The notes below the pieces were generated by a model that searched no databases, was not told the origin of the DNA, and was given only the letters and a program-made list of their open reading frames with translations. A stretch of 64,000 nt of DNA. Origin: Atractiella rhizophila (lineage: Eukaryota). Numbering within the stretch: the first letter of the stretch is position 1; every line of letters starts with the position of its first letter. Positions 49,762 to 61,767 of the stretch are shown here, piece by piece. The stretch spans positions 62,001 to 126,000 of the forward strand of contig MU271187.1 of NCBI GenBank assembly GCA_021432655.1. Direction: 5' to 3'. The position numbers and the translations under genes were made by a program.

Positions 49762-52320
49762 ATGTGGTCCTATCTGATCCCCTCCTTGCTCTCTTTCAGC
49801 TCGTGGGTCTCTGCGAACAACACGTCGACCACCAACGTTCTTGGTTACACCATACCTACTCCTGGAGGTGACACCTACTCTGTGAAAGAGCCGCCGCTTA
49901 CCACCAACTGGACCTACTCCCTTGGCACGAATCCGTGGGATCAATATCCTCGACCTCAGCTCAAGAGGTCGGAATGGCAGTCACTCAATGGAATTTGAAG
50001 GCACCGGAACGCGTCTTCCCTTCATGACGTCAAGAATCCGCCTTTCTGGAAGAGGCTCGAGAACGCCGTGATGGTTCCTTCGTGCCTGGAAAGCGGGATC
50101 AGTGGTATGTGTTGGCACCTTCTGTACTATTCTGTCTAATGCGGTTTGGTTTCTCAGGGTTGCAAGGAGAGAACCTTTTCTACTCCTGGCTTTCGACTAG
50201 GTTCAATGTTTCGGACTCCTGGAAAGGACAAAACATCATTCTGAACTTTGGCGCTGTCGACTATGAAGCGACGGTATTCGTCAATGGTAACTATGCTGGT
50301 TTCCATCGTGGCGGTTACTTCCGTTTTGCGCTCGACATCACAGGCTACATCAAATACGAAAGAGAGAATGAGCTGTAAGTTGTTTGATTAGTCTGGCAGC
50401 GCGTGAACTCAGCAACGCTTTCAGCCTGGTTTTTGTACATGACCCGACCGATTCTGGAGACCATGTCATCCCGATTGGAAAGCAGTCACTGCGAGAGTGG
50501 CGAGACGACAGGCAACCGCATCACATCTTCTATCGTCCTTGCTCTGGGATTTGGCAAGAGGTCTTCATCGAGCCAGTTTCCGCTAATTACATTACGCGTC
50601 TCGATCTCGCAGCAAGTATGGACGGGACTCTGAACGCGACCGTGCATACGTCCTGGTCAACCCCAAAACCTGTTCAGATTTCTGTTCACGCAAAAGAGGC
50701 CACTGATGTTATCGCCTCGTTCAACGGGACGACTGACAAGCCCTTCACATTCAGGGTCCAGAACTTTGAGCTTTGGTCGCCTTCGAATCCAAATCTTCAC
50801 AATATCACGGTCACTTTTGGAGATGACGTTGTAACAAGCTACACAGGCTTCAGGACCTTTGCACGAGGAGAAGTTCAAGGTGTAACGAGATCACTGCTGA
50901 ATGGCGAGCCCATTTTCATGTTTGGTACACTGGAGTAAGCCTAATTTGCCTTTTGCTCTCCGCAATTCTCTAACGAAAAATAAAAGCCAGGGGTTCTGGC
51001 CAGATGGCCTTTACCTCCCTCCTAACTACGAAGCCATGGTTTACGACTTGCAAGTTCTAAAGTCATTAGGATTCAACATGCTTCGAAAACACATCAAGGT
51101 CTGCTCCCTACTATCATAGACGGCCGACATGACAGAGAGTAATAGGTGGAGAATGATCTTTTTTACGAAGCTTGCGGTAAGAAATACTGGGTAAAAAAGT
51201 TACAAACTGATAAGGAGCAGATAAAATGGGGATTATTGTCATTCAAGGAAAGTGTTTTCTTTAAGAAGCTGACTATCAATAACTCCTCTGAACAAACAGA
51301 CATGCCCTCTCTTCGACCACTTCAGGAATACACGACTTCCGACTGCGTTACTCACACGTATCTTCCCAACGAGGAGCAACAAAAAGAATTCGACAGACAG
51401 CTCGACCTCTTGGTCGAAACCCACAAGAGCTTCCCTTCCATTGGAGTGTGGATTATTTATAATGAAGGTGAGGCGTTTCTACCTTCCATACATGGAACTA
51501 AGCGATGAATCAGGTTGGGGACAAAACGGGTTTAACAAGCCACCATACCCGGAAATTCGCTTGACAGAGCGAGTTCGTCAACTCGATCCTACTCGCCTCA
51601 TTTCTGCGACTAGTGGATGGTTTGACCACGTAGGTCTCTTTGTCCATTCTGTCAAATATCCTAATATTGTCCAGGATCAATACTGGCCGGCTGGACAATC
51701 CTCCGATTTCAGTGACAACCATCATTACGCTAATCCTCAGTGTGGAACTCCATTTTATTCTACCCAGTCACGTCCCTTCAACCCTTCTCGTATAGGATTT
51801 CAAGGGGAATTTGGGGGAGTAGGCCACAATCTCAGTCTGGCAAACCTGTGGAAGGTTAGTACGACAAGAATCGCGACACTTTGATCAGGGCTGATTATTG
51901 TTGATTCAGGTTCAGAAAGGTCTGCGTCATAAATACCGTTGATGTTAGCTGACAGCAGTTCAATTGTCTAGCAATTAACACGATTAATCAAACATACGAG
52001 TTGGATGCCACGATCGATGCGTGGAATTACCGCGCACATCGACTCCTTGACGAGTTGAGGGAGCAAGTGGATTTGTACTCGTGCGCAGGCGGTATTTGGA
52101 CTCAGACCAGTGTTTGTTTCTGTCGTCTCCCGGGAGAAAATAGGTTAATAATTTGTGATAGGACGTGGAAGGAGAGGTTAACGGGCTGTTGACTTATGAT
52201 AGAAGGATCCTGCGAACCGACATAAACCAGTGGAAAGCGGATATCCAAGCCCTCTATGACACTGCTGCTAACAGAGCAGATGGCGACAGGTTCGCTTCCA
52301 TCCCGGGTCATGAAAGTTGA
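49762..52320 (+). pseudogene. Secreted glycoside hydrolase family 2 gene with an in-frame TGA and a GA splice donor (probable pseudogene)
   Basis: Signal peptide, YPRPQLKR..WQSLNGI*, LNFGAVDYEATVFVNG, GTLDQGFWPDGLY, GFNMLRKHIK, WIIYNEGWGQ, GEFGG and DVEGEVNGLLTYDRR. TGA at 49996-49998; GAAAGT donor at 51248. Confidence 0.75.
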
Positions 52321-53151
52321 AGAAGCTAATGTCCTTCCAGCACATCCACTCGCCGCTTCTTGGCCAAACGTGACAGTTACTATGGCCAACAAGAGAAAAA
52401 CTACGCTCACGACCTTCACAAGCGATGGGCAGAAGAGAAGGCAATCCGCAACTGGGCAGAACCCAATTTCGACGAAGCAGTCGCCATCTAGAAATAGACT
52501 GGCTAGAAAAGTGAGGAATCTTAACATCCTCCTATTCAGTTTACATCTTTTCCAGGTCAACAAAGGCCAACACATTTTAAAGCGACGAAAAGCAATTCTC
52601 GTTGTCATGGATTCGCAAGTATTTACAATCACAATGGTCACGCCACGAAATGATGAAAAAGCGCTCTACTGTACCGCATGATAAATCAAGAATATCTTTT
52701 CTGTAGACCATACAACTGAGAAAGAGGGTTATCAATTCGAACAACCAGGCTGTTGAGTGTTACGATGAGAAGACGAGCATTTGTATGGCGACAATGAAGC
52801 GAAAAGAAAGCAGCGATGGTAGAAAGCGTTTCTACAAAGTCGAAGAAGCTATTGTGACAATCAAAAATCTCCAGGCCAGGAAAGCGTAATACTGCACTGG
52901 CTTAAGAGTAGAGTTCAAAGTTCCAGAAATTTGATTGTACGATGTACACCGCTTTTCTTTCCACTTGTACATACATAAAACAAGTCTCCTATAAACCCAT
53001 GTCCAAACCACGGAAGTCTCTCAATTTGAATTGCCTCAAGGTAAAACCATACTTTAACCTAAAAACTTTGTTATATAAGAGAGCCTGCTAGCTTGAGAAT
53101 CTTGACCCTCCTGTCAGTTCCGACGGTGACGGCAACAAGGAACGCTGTTCC

Positions 53152-54684
53152 ATGCGTACAAAAATATCAAAGCCACCAAAGAAACCAAGGAATCGAGAGA
53201 AAGCGATAGATTTTTGGGACAACGACCATGTTGAAAATACCATCAGCTCCTTGCAGGGTCACCTCGAATGTGAGCAAGCATTTAGTTGGAAGGTATCCTT
53301 GTTTTAAACTTTTCGTGTAACAGTTCACAAGAAATATGCGGCGCTGAACTTGAACCCAGACGACATCGTTCTCTCAGACCTCTGGCGACCGTCTGCTCCT
53401 CGTCAAACCTGTTTCATTGGTAAATTACCTCGCGAACTTTTAGAGCCAATCCTTCGAGCAAGCTTGCCGCGAGTTAGATTTGTTTCCGACATAGAGCACG
53501 GGTTCATTCGTGCTTTCAGTAACATTCGAGGCGTATGTGTCCATTGGGCAATTGCAGCACTTTCCATACTTCGCCATCATTTCCAAATTTTTGACGCGAA
53601 AGGAGACTCTCGATCCCTTCCAAAGTTCGAACATTACTTTCAGTCCGAATACCTTCGCAACATGTCGCTGCAGTATAGCTTGCCGCGTAGTGTACCCTAC
53701 GATGCTCTCATCACGATCTCAAAACGGCCGGTTAATTCTCAGAGTTGGTACACACTTCGAGCGTTCCTTTCTGGTACCTCGAACGCAACTCTGCGTGTTT
53801 CTTCTCTTCCTTGGGACAATTTTCCGATTCACCAGCTCCTCTCTGACCTTGACATGATCAAGTGTCGCCTTGAGCTAGTCGTCAATAGGACTGCGAAGGT
53901 CAAACTCAGTGAATGGCTCAACCTGCCTCTTGAAGCTACGAACATTTGGTTTTGTGACCTCAAAATAGTACAGGAGGGGGATGTAGATGCCTTCATCAAC
54001 TCTCCCACTGTTGGATATGATCTCGGCTTCCTAAACTGCCATATCCAGGATCGACGAGTCATTTCTTCAGCTCTTAGATCCCTCGACTTATCTGCATTCA
54101 GGTTTAGTTCCTTCTCATCCGACTTGAGCGGAGACCTAGACCTTTTGATGAGTTTACGTTTTCCCAAAGACCTGAGATTATTGCAATTGTCTTTTCGGGG
54201 TCATATTTCTGTGGAATTGCACGACGCAAGACTTCCACGTCCACTCGATCTGGTTATCGTATCATGTGCGAAGCTATCAAGGCTGTTCCTGGACGGAGGC
54301 CACGAGAAATCGAACTTCGTAACCCCTGAGTTACTTGCGCACCTACAATCAGTGAGGGAATTGGAGCTGCACTACTGTTGGTTCTCATTTGGGGAAATGG
54401 TCGACTTTGTTGGATCAGTTCACGTCTTTGGCGTTCGCATCATTTCAAAACCCTTTTTTGGGGACTGGGAAGATGTTGACAAGCTAGAAGAACTATCTCG
54501 CATTGATCCCAAGGTAGAATCGCTGACGATTCACAATCAAACACGTTTGCCTCTAGACTGGCGGTACAACGGGCGAACAGAGGGCTGCGACCTGGAAGGC
54601 TTCGAGGGGCCGCGTTTCACGTTTTGGATTGTTCGCGAATTGGATGAAGGTTCTACCAGTCCTTTCTTTTGGGAGAGTCGATGA
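53152..54684 (+). CDS. F-box-like/LRR-like protein with short N-terminal extension
   Basis: TATA-like TATATAA at about 53072, ATG at 53152, and GTGAGC..CAG intron 53270-53323 joining in frame to ORF 53350..54684. F-box-like FIGKLPRELLEPIL..IRGVCVHW. Confidence 0.68.
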
Positions 54685-54830
54685 AGAGAGGTTTAGCTCA
54701 ATGTCTAGTTCAAATTGCCTGGCCTTCTTCTTCCGGCGCTTCATAAGATGCTCCTGATGCTTCTGACCTTGTTGGGACACAAACATATCATATACAATTA
54801 CTTGGCTACTAATAGTCAGCATCATGTCGA

Positions 54831-57012
54831 TCAAATCGACATTCCCCCAAAGTTCTCTCTAGACCTTTCTCTAAAAGCTTTAAACCACCAACTGAAGGCA
54901 AAAACAGCTGCTGAATAAGCGACCAATACCACAGTAGCGACGAACGAATTGACATGAATGGTATGTATCGAAAGATTCACGAGACCAGTCAATAAATTAG
55001 CCTGTACAAATTCTCTCAGCATATCGACATGTTGCATGAAATGAGCAGGAGTGAGCGAGTGACGTACAATTAGGAATACCCATAGCCCATGTAGATTTAT
55101 ACTTTCGAAAAGATTCGGCACGAGCAACGATGTCTCCTCTGTTCCTCTCAGTTTAACCTCGGAGTCCAGAAGGAAAGATTTGACTGCAATTTCGACGAGA
55201 AGGTAGCAAAGGATGAAGCTGACGTTGAATGCTGTTATCCAGAGGACATATGAGACATTCGCCTGCACATAATATATTTTCGTCAATAATCAAGGGACGA
55301 AGTGAGTTCAGGAGGAAAGACATGCCAGTCGTCGAGAAACGTCAATCTCCAACCCATACCGAACAACGGCCAATGCGGCCCACCAAAGTATGGAATATCC
55401 GCTAAGGACGCTGGCGAGTTTCCCCGGCTTTTGACGCAGCGATTTCGTGCCGAGTGAGCGATAGATGAAGTAGGGATCTGGTGGTAGGACATAGATTCCA
55501 GTGGATGTGCCAAGGAGGAAAATGGCCAAGTAGCCTGCAAAGAAACATGATGCCCGCCGTGGGAGATGCTGGGGAAATAAACCTACCAGGGAAGGAGGTG
55601 ATGCCCTCTTTATTCTGCGAGAAGATGTTGGTGCGTTCAGCAAATAAGGCCCATTCTTGGAGCCCCCAGCGCTGGAGGGAGAACTGGTGTACTAATCAAG
55701 GAATCATTGTGAGCAAAAAAGTTGATCGAGGGCAACGCAAAAGAGGTGAAGGCGCACAAGCTGTTGTGAATAGCCCAAGGACGACGTAGTCCACCTTTGA
55801 AGAAAGTGCATCGAAACATACGCCGCAAACGCCGATAGCTCCAAGGGTGAAGAAGAAGTTCCAGTGGACTCCGTACTCGGTCACATGTTCCTGCATGGGA
55901 TCTGGTCAGAAGCGCCAGGATGAAGGAGAGAAAGAAGGATTACCGGATACTCGACTCCTTTCACGGCTAGTACCCGCAGGAGGCCGAGGATGAGGACTGG
56001 GAGAGACTTGAGGAATGATTTTTGGACTGAATGCAGGAATGGACGCGTCTGTCGTGATCGCAAGCGAGGGATGGCGGAGATGATACCTAGTGAGAACACA
56101 AAAGATCCCACTCCGAGATCCATCTACAAGAGCAACGAGTGGCACCGAAGTAAGTTTAGGATGAAAAGGAGGGAAGAGACGACTGACGATGGAGGTTCCC
56201 CAGGTCTCACACTTTGCGAACTCCCTCGGGAAGATCCTAAAGTCGACGGCTAGAATGCAGAGAACAGTCATGATCATCATGTGCGCTCGATAGACTGTGA
56301 TGAATGGTTTCCTGAACAGCTCATGAGGGAGTAGAGGAGACGGGGGGGGCTTGGTTTCTCGAAAGCTGGCATGCGTGGGTGACGTATGCGGGAGGTGGCT
56401 TTGGGGCGTCATGAGGATGCCTATGGACTCTGGAGAGGAGTCGTTCGTCTTCACCACAAAGTGAGACGAGCTGTCACGTTTGTGATGTGACCTTGGCGTG
56501 CCGGGAAGCGATGGCGCGCGGGAGGAAGGAGATTTTGGATTCGAAGAGTAGGCTGAGGCGGAGGAAGAAATAAGAACGATTGCGAGAAACACGAGGGAGA
56601 GGTTGAGGGTGATTGGAAGCGAAGAGAGTGATGTAAGCGCCCCGATTAGGGGTAAAATGAGAAGGGTATATTCGACGAAGAAAGCCTGCCATCCTGTCGC
56701 TTCTTCTGTATCGTTCGACCGTCGCTGTCCATGAGATGGAGTTACGTCTGTTCGAGCTCTCCGTCTCTGAGCACTGAAGGCGATCCAGAGCGCGTAGCTG
56801 GTCTAAACATGCCCCAAACGGACACACCGAGAAACCGTGAGCTTTAAACCTTGATGGTAGCAGAAGCAAAGTGCGGAAAAGCGAAGAAAACAGATGAAAT
56901 GACTGACGAGAGCTGTGAGACAGACGAGATTGATGCTCAACACCGTCCCTCCATTGGTGTTGGACACGAATTCCTCCTTCTCCGACTTGTAATTGATTGC
57001 CTGGCCATCCAT
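54831..57012 (-). CDS. GWT1: GPI inositol acyltransferase Gwt1/PIG-W
   Basis: [79 protein letters not shown] and [12 protein letters not shown]. Confidence 0.95.
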
Positions 57013-57725
57013 CAACTTCTCCTGCAACTTCTCTCGCCGAGAATATGTTGCCACGCCTCAAGTGCTCAGAACGTTGCCAAAACGCTCGCCCAAAAGATAA
57101 TTCCCACACACGTTTTACTTGTCTCGGATCCGAAAAACCCACACAAGGTAACATGGTTAATGTTTCAGCAATTGTTTCAAGTGTCTCCGAAATGCTGATT
57201 TTGGTGAGCATTACAACGGGGATGGATGAGGGACTGTCATGGAAATCATGAGCAAGGAAAATTATGGGGAATCTAGGGATATTTTGGAATGTCAGAGTTT
57301 CAATCCGATTCTATTGTACAACAGCAAAGACAGAAAAAGAACAAGGTAAGTTATGCACAAAATGATTAAGCAATATATAACTAGTCCAGACTAGACAGTC
57401 GAGATAAGGGAGGTAGTAGCATCAAAAGAAACGAATAGAGAAGGGTATCGAACTGATTGTAATTTGTCACATTCATGCTTTGTTGCGATCGCCAAACGAC
57501 ATTGATTTCTGGCTTCTTCAAAAGTCCACGGAGTCCATCTTTGGTAGTCCATTCAAGATTTAAGTCCATCGAACGATGAATGACAAAACTAAAGATAGTC
57601 CAAAGGCCCAAGAACCAATGTCCCTCAACGTCCATCGACATCGTCATATCGTTTTTTTTGACAGAAAGCAGAAAGACATCCCCTTCGTGGGGGAAGGACA
57701 GAGCACATCGTTCCATGAACATTTT

Positions 57726-60700
57726 TCAATCTACACCCATCATCATCCGTCAGGGCGTCGTCGCACTCAGAAACGACAGAAAGAGTAAAACTCACAACCC
57801 TGAGAGGGTCCTCCCACCACATTATTGAACCTCCTCCCGCCCATCTGGACCGGACTATGCCCATAGTCTGCTGGGCTCATCGCTGGTCCTCCACCTCTAG
57901 CGGAAACCGGCGTCCTGGGCGACTTGTGTTGCATATATGGCGGCAGGTTGGTTGACAGCGGCGTTAGCGTCGCTGGCGAATTCGGGTTGAAGGGTGAGGC
58001 AGCGGTGGTGGTGATGATGGGGGAGACGACGCGCTTGTCAAGCTCTTTAGATTCATAGAACGCTAAGTACAACGAAAGAGCAACGTCAAAGAAATGTCAG
58101 AATGAAATGGGAGAGGTAGGGAGCGACGGACCGTAGTCTTGTACCAAGGACGTGTTGGAGTGATATGTTGCAATGATCCTCAGGACTTCGAGACCAGCAT
58201 CGTAAAGCACCTCCTGCGTATCCCTCGAACTCGTGACTGCTTTCTTTTCCGCCGTATTCCTATTCGACGCCACAACAATGGGCGCATCAGCGTCCTGATG
58301 CATTGAAGGAGCAAAAGAAGGAACGCACTCAAGTTTGATATGCCTCAAAGCGCTCAACGGCACATCCTTCACGAACAGCCATTTGACCTTGAACACTCCC
58401 TTCCACTTATCCTGCGCCCACACAGTTGAAGAGGTGTGATAGTCCACCTCCGTCAACATCTGTGCGATCCCGCAAAAGTGTCCAGAACCATTGACAGAAA
58501 AGAAGAGATAGATGGGTCCGTTAGCATTCGACTCCTTGAATGCCCTGTCCAGACGCTTGTTGCCGAGGTCAGTCGAAGCCCAGATCTCGTATTTCAAGCT
58601 CTGCAACCCCCATGATCAATATCTCTCACATTGGATGCGTCAAGGAGAAATGGCAAGACGAACCTTATGCACGTCCTCCTCGGTATAACTCTTGATAACA
58701 AAGAACCTAGCCCTCGGAGGCTTCAGGTCAAAATTCTTCGGATTGTATCCCTTCTCCTCGACCAATTTCTGCACGTCAAAACTCATGGTTCCCCTTCCGA
58801 ATCCGCCGCCTCCTCCACCAGGCGTCATGGCGATCGGTGTAACAGGGGAGTTGGCCACCATTCCCGCTCCTCTTCCCATTCCCATCCCAGCACCATACGG
58901 AGAGTAAGGGCTCTGCAACATGACCGGGGACATCCCTTGAGTGCCGTACGGGCCATTTCGCATCCATGGTGGCTGGACGGGAATGATAGGGGATGGGTTA
59001 GGGAGGATAGGACTGGCAGCAGCGGCAAGGTTGATATTGTTCGAATTAGGGATATTTTGATTCGAATTCGCGTTCTGATTGGCGTTCACGAGGGTGGAAG
59101 GGTTATTGGAAGACGTGGATTGGATGCGGTCTATCATCTCCCTATTCTGTTGGATCTGCCACAAGATCTCTTCCTGCTGTTTCGCCAACACCTGAAACGT
59201 CCTATAAGCTTCCTCGCTCTGTCCTCCTCCATTCGCTCCTCCATTTCCACTCCCTTCCTCCTCCCCCAATCCTAACCCCATACTATTGCTCCTCCCAAGC
59301 ACTCTATCCTTCTGACTCCTCCAAGACCCTCCACCCTGAGCACTGAACAATCCTCCCTCCTCACTCCCAGCACCCGCGCTAACCGGTCCTCTCAACCTAT
59401 GACTATGCCCAATGGGAGGAACATAAGGGGCGGCCGACTGGGGACCCTTAAGAAAAGCGGCACGAGAGCCAGCAGTGACGTCCATAGGAGAAGGGGAAGC
59501 GAGAGCGTTACCGAATCCATTTCCATTCCCGCCATGTCCCTGTCCATGCGGAATTTGCTGCTGCTGTTGTACCATACCGATCAATGCATCCCTATTGGTC
59601 AAGAGCTGCAACTGCGGTCCCTTCCTCGCACTCGTTGGCGTCGTCGCGCTCGTCGGAAGAGTGTTATGCTTCACTTGCTGTCTCGGCCCTGCCGCGGGAC
59701 GGGGGCTCAATCTGCCACCATTAGGAGCGGTGGGAGTGGCTGCGCTGTCGATTGCGCTGTTAGGACCTAAGCCCGGTGGACCGGGAGGAACAGGGGAGGT
59801 GGAGCGATGCGAGTTCTGGGAAGCGCGACGGGAGAGTGAGGCAGCTTCTTCGGGGGTGGGGGACCAAGGGGACCTGATTCCAGAGGGGGAGGGAGGGATC
59901 AACGGTCCGCCTGCACCTCCGGTGTTGTTGGGTCCATGGAAGTTGGTGACGATGCTCAAGCTGGGAGTGGTCCCGCTCCTCTGTCTCTGCATCTGCCCAT
60001 CCTGCGCGCCTCCTCCTCCGACACCGAAGGATTGCTTGGTCGGAGACGCGAGCTCGTCGCTCCTGACCCTCGCATGGGAGGTCGGAGAGGTAGGAGATTC
60101 GTCGTCGATCTGGGCGAGCCGAGACCTGCCTTCGCGCAGGGATTGGTGTCGAGTGATGTTGGACGAGGTCGTAGGCGAAAGAAGGGACGAGACTGCCCCT
60201 CCTGTCGCACGAGAGAGGGAGGAGTGTCGAGTCAGATTCGTTTGGACCGTTATACGAGCTGGAGAGCGCGGAGGAGCGACGGGAGGGGTTGGGAGCGTCG
60301 GCATCGGCGGAGGAGGGGCGATCTGTCCGTCCAACGTACGAAATATCAACTACCGAATCGGAGCACGTTAAAAGAGCATAAGAGGGCATACGGCATTGTT
60401 GGACGGAGAAGGAGCCTCTTCCCTCTTATATTGATAATGAAACCTGCTAGGCAAGCTCGCCTGTCTCTGAAGGTTTGCCTGAGCCGCAGCGAGTTCCCTC
60501 TCGAAACGACCATCGCCTCCATCACCCTCCAATCCGTCATCTCCCTCCAAACTTTCCGGGAACGGACTCTCAACCACGAGCTCCTCCTCCTCACCAACGC
60601 TAGGTGGCGTCCCCACAGCTCCCCATCGACTTCCACCTGGGGAAACGGGATGTGGAGAGTGGTGAGAGGGAGAGGAGAGGCCAAAGAACTTCTGATCTTT

Positions 60701-61005
60701 CGCGCTCAGGTTCTTGGTGAGCCGTTCCCTGTCGTACCTCGCATGGCTTAGGTACGTCCTCGAGGCTGCGTGTGATTCCTGGACAGTGCGGACTGCGAGG
60801 CTGGCGGAGGAGAGGGAGTGCGAGGTGCTGGACCTGGGACGGATATGGGAGGCGGAGGCGGGAGCGGGAGATCGTCGCCTTCTTCTGCGAGTGCGTGGGA
60901 GAGGGCGGAGATGTTGGACAAGGGAGACGGGGCGAGTGCTGCTGCTGGCGGAGCGGGAGAAGCAGACTTTTTCTTGTCCTTTGAAGATGCAAAGATGGAA
61001 AACAT
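57726..61005 (-). CDS. YTH-domain (m6A reader, YTHDF/Pho92-like) protein with long low-complexity N-terminus
   Basis: [64 protein letters not shown] with aromatic-cage Trp residues present. The 5' end needs a frame change near 60770. Confidence 0.88.
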
Positions 61006-61767
61006 ATCTCTTCGAGTTCCTTTTGCCCAGTCTGCTGATGATTCGATGAGTGCGTACTCTGATAAAGTGTGTTTTCCTCCTTGGTATTAGTTCACTGGTT
61101 CTGCTGTTTTCTGCTTTTGCTGGTTCGTGGATCTGATGTATGAGGAGAGACGTCGAGCTGTGCACTTGGAATTGGGGAGGCAGTCACCCTGAACGGTGCA
61201 GGGCTGAAGAGCTGCGCTGGTGGTTGTTGTCGGTCGTTGTGAGGAGGAGAAGGTGTCGGACTTGTCGGAGGAGAACAACGAGCGAGATTTATGACGATCG
61301 TCCAGGGCGTCAATATTCCATCAATTCTTTATCGCTTCGTAGTCGGGTCTTCCTCTGTGTGTTCAAGTCCTAGTCTTACGGGCGAGTTGTGACCGCTCTT
61401 ATTCTTTCTTTTATGGCTGGATGGAATCGGGGCGCACTTCGTTTATGCACTGGCAGTGCTAGGGAGAAGGGAGTCCGGAGTTCAGAAATATGTTGGTCAA
61501 ATATGATGATCTGGGGTGAGAGGATGAATTTCGCTGTGAGTATGCTTCAATGAGGAATTCATGCAGCCTTTTCGAGTATTCGTCTTATTTAAGTGTTCTG
61601 TTCTTCTCCGTTTGTTCATCCAACGACACCGCACCAACATAGCCAAAAGACCCGCGAGTTCTAAGGTCTTTGTATAGTTGGGAAAGAACTTTTCGTGTCA
61701 ATTTCAAGTTCAAGTTAACGTACATCATCGATCCATTATCATGGAAGCAAGAAACACAATTTCCAAC

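Noticed and set aside
52256..52681. 141-aa ORF overlapping the GH2 3' end
   Set aside because: Alternate frame running into the 3' region, with no domain features.
59475..60751. Long plus-strand ORFs (298 and 271 aa) and similar antisense ORFs elsewhere in the window
   Set aside because: Antisense shadows of GC-rich, low-complexity coding exons.
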